Shown: positions 18,261-20,458 of the stretch, piece after piece
Layout of the letters: each line of letters starts with the position of its first letter
Numbering within the stretch: the stretch's first letter is position 1
Notes under the pieces: model-generated
The model's input: only the letters and a program-made list of their open reading frames with translations
Told to the model about the DNA's origin: nothing
The model's database searches: none
Program-made: the position numbers and the translations under genes
Sequence record: SRR20825006_2113
Direction: 5' to 3' (one strand)
DNA: 20,458 nucleotides

Positions 18261-19037
18261 TTATCCATTTAATTTTATAAAACCACCATCTATAGGAAAA
18301 TCTGTACCCGTTATAAAGGAGGCGTGGTCCGAAGCTAAATACAAGGCTAAATGAGCTATTTCTTCCGGTTTTCCCATTCTCCCCAATGGTTGAGTTTTAG
18401 ATAGTTTTTCAAACATCTCCTCTTGATTGTCGGGGTAATTCTTTGCAATAAAACCATCTACAAAAGGGGTGTGAACCCGGGCAGGCGAGATGCTGTTGCA
18501 GCGAATACCTTGATCTACATAGTCTTTTGCTATTGAGTACGTCATCGTAAGCACGGCACCTTTTGACATAGAATAGGCAAAACGATCTGAGATTCCAACG
18601 GAAGAGGCAATGGAAGCCATGTTGATGATCACTCCATTAGTACTTTTCATATATTTAATTACGGCTTTGGCGCAGTTATAAACGCCTTTAACGTTAATAG
18701 CATAAATTTTATCTAAATCTTCCTCTTGCGTATGTTCAATGTTCCCAATATGAGCTATTCCAGCATTATTAACCAAAATATTTATAGTGTTTTCTTCGGC
18801 AATTTCGTCTATGCTCTTTTGAATTTGATAAGCGTTTGAAACATCAACTATTTTATATTTTACGTTTAGGTTTTCCGCGTTTAAAGTTTCTACAACCTTT
18901 AACGTCTGGTCCTTATTGGTATCTAATATATATACATTAGCACCATTTTGTGAAAATACTCTAACCATAGCTAGTCCTATACCACTTGAACCACCTGTAA
19001 TTATAGCTGTTTTACCTGTTAATTGAAATGTGCTCAT
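18261..19037 (-). CDS. Classical SDR oxidoreductase, probable 2-keto-3-deoxy-L-fuconate 4-dehydrogenase
   Basis: TGGSSGIG, an Asp after beta-2 (LDTN, NAD-type), NNAG, catalytic YSMSK, CNSISPARVHTPF and QPLGRMGKPEE. It sits between a fuconate dehydratase/fucosidase and an FAH-family gene. Confidence 0.85.
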   Translation of the reverse strand: MSTFQLTGKTAIITGGSSGIGLAMVRVFSQNGANVYILDTNKDQTLKVVETLNAENLNVKYKIVDVSNAYQIQKSIDEIAEENTINILVNNAGIAHIGNIEHTQEEDLDKIYAINVKGVYNCAKAVIKYMKSTNGVIINMASIASSVGISDRFAYSMSKGAVLTMTYSIAKDYVDQGIRCNSISPARVHTPFVDGFIAKNYPDNQEEMFEKLSKTQPLGRMGKPEEIAHLALYLASDHASFITGTDFPIDGGFIKLNG

Positions 19038-19047
19038 AGTAATGTGC

Positions 19048-20361
19048 TTAGAGATTGATTTGAATAATTGTATCTATAGGATTCATTTGATTAGCATCTA
19101 AGTCAAAAGTCAAATTGCCCTTTTGCTGTTTAAAATTTATGGGATCGCCAGAACTGAAATAACATATGCTTTTTATAGGCTTTTCAAAGGTGACAGAAAT
19201 GTTTTTAAGATTTTTATCCAGAAGATGTAGATAAAGTGTATCCTTTTTATATGTTGAAACGATCTGCTCCTTTTTAATTTCTCCCGCTCGGGTGTCATAA
19301 ATAGTTTCTGAAGCATTTTGCATCCACATACCAACTTCTTTCAACAGAGTTTTATGTTCTTCCTGAATATCACCATTGGGCATTGGACCAATATTCAGTA
19401 GAAAGTTTGCATTATTTCCTGCAGCTTTTACTAGGTACCGTATAAGCTCTTTGCTCGATTTGTGATGAGGGTCTTGTAAATTGAAACCCCAAGAGTGATT
19501 TATAGTTTCGCAAGTTTCTAGAGGTAAATTCCCTATTTCTGTCCCTTCACTAAATCCGGCTGTATTTTTTCCGGGAAGATCTTTTTCAAACATTTGAAAG
19601 TCTTCACCATTTATTGGTGCTAAATGGTGATTATTACCAATAAGCAACCCAGAATTAACAGAGTGGATGAGTTTATATGTATCTTCTAATTTAAAATCTT
19701 GACTTGCTTTACCTTGTTTTTTTAAATCATTTTGGTCCCAATACCCATCAAACCAAAATCCGGCTATATCATAATTCTCAGCGATTTCTTTAATCTGAGC
19801 ATTTTGATATTTTAGATAATCTTGCCAATGACCTGTTTCAGGTCTTCCTAGATCGTGACCGGTTTTTCCTCTTGGGTAATAATCTGGATGGTGCCAATCT
19901 AATTGTGAATAATATGCAAAAAGTTTTATACCTGCCTTCTTGCAAGCTTGTTCAAGTTCTCTAAAAATATCACGCTGAAATGGTGTCGAATCAACAATAT
20001 CATAATCTGAAACTTGAGAATCATACATGGCAAAACCATCATGATGCTTTGTGGTAATGGTTATATATTTCATCCCGGCAGCTTTGGCAAGGCTTATAAT
20101 TTCTTCTGCATCAAATTTTTCAGGATTAAAGAAATTGGGTAACAATTCATAACGATCTGTATTAATATTTTGTTGTTGCATTACCCATTCTCCATCGCCT
20201 AGAATACTGTAAACTCCCCAATGAATAAACAAACCAAATTTTGCATCCTGAAACCAAGTTCTGTTTTCAAGATTTTTAGATGAGGGGATATAATTGTCTT
20301 GGGCAAGAATTGATGTTACATGAACAAATATTACTAAAACAACTACTAACCAATTTTTCAT
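19048..20361 (-). CDS. GH29 alpha-L-fucosidase, secreted (SPI)
   Basis: WFQDAKFGLFIHWG, AKAAGMKY...TKHHDGF, YYSQLDW, WFDG (nucleophile Asp), ETCETINHSWG and LLNIGP..NG. Signal peptide ending ...SILA-Q. Confidence 0.95.
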   Translation of the reverse strand: MKNWLVVVLVIFVHVTSILAQDNYIPSSKNLENRTWFQDAKFGLFIHWGVYSILGDGEWVMQQQNINTDRYELLPNFFNPEKFDAEEIISLAKAAGMKYITITTKHHDGFAMYDSQVSDYDIVDSTPFQRDIFRELEQACKKAGIKLFAYYSQLDWHHPDYYPRGKTGHDLGRPETGHWQDYLKYQNAQIKEIAENYDIAGFWFDGYWDQNDLKKQGKASQDFKLEDTYKLIHSVNSGLLIGNNHHLAPINGEDFQMFEKDLPGKNTAGFSEGTEIGNLPLETCETINHSWGFNLQDPHHKSSKELIRYLVKAAGNNANFLLNIGPMPNGDIQEEHKTLLKEVGMWMQNASETIYDTRAGEIKKEQIVSTYKKDTLYLHLLDKNLKNISVTFEKPIKSICYFSSGDPINFKQQKGNLTFDLDANQMNPIDTIIQINL

Positions 20362-20367
20362 AATAGT

Positions 20368-20458
20368 TTATATTAATTGCCATTCAATACCTTGTGGGTA
20401 GGCAAAGTTTTGTAAAGATTCTAATTTCATTGTTATACTGTATCCTGGCAGTTGCGGA
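20368..20458 (-). CDS. fucD: C-terminal 29 codons of a probable L-fuconate dehydratase (enolase superfamily), truncated by the window edge and absent from the ORF track
   Basis: The reverse complement of 20457-20368 reads PQLPGYSITMKLESLQNFAYPQGIEWQLI*. This fits the P..PG(Y/F)S..M...S...(F/Y).(Y/F)P.G..W C-terminus of FucD/ENOSF1-type dehydratases. The stop lies 6 nt before the GH29 ATG. Confidence 0.75.
   Translation of the reverse strand, partial: PQLPGYSITMKLESLQNFAYPQGIEWQLI

Noticed and set aside
1-20458. CRISPR arrays, IS elements, tRNA/rRNA genes, susC/susD, regulators and promoters
   Set aside because: The window is almost entirely coding and the only sizeable intergenic gap is 119 nt between convergent stops. 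I saw no spaced repeats, transposase motifs or RNA-gene signatures, and both operon promoters must lie outside the window.

Overview
AT-rich Bacteroidota DNA, probably Flavobacteriaceae, judged from lipoprotein and Q-rule signal peptides and A-rich start regions without Shine-Dalgarno motifs. The window holds two convergent, tightly packed operons. The + strand (1-17265) carries eight glycoside hydrolase genes that together resemble the side-chain enzymes of a rhamnogalacturonan-II (RG-II) utilisation locus: GH95 (partial), stand-alone GH142, GH78, GH33 fused to a xylose-isomerase-like TIM barrel, GH138, GH2-malectin-CBM, a second GH2 and GH43. The - strand (17385-20458) is the 3' part of a non-phosphorylative L-fucose catabolic operon: an L-fuconate dehydratase C-terminus missing from the ORF track, a secreted GH29 fucosidase, an SDR dehydrogenase and an FAH-family hydrolase. 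A 53-nt imperfect hairpin lies between the operons. No susC/susD, regulator, RNA gene, mobile element or CRISPR array is visible. The most unusual points are the GH33-TIM barrel fusion, the splitting of modules that are fused in Bacteroides thetaiotaomicron, and the many lipoprotein signals. Family calls rest on motifs and remembered similarity, not on database searches.
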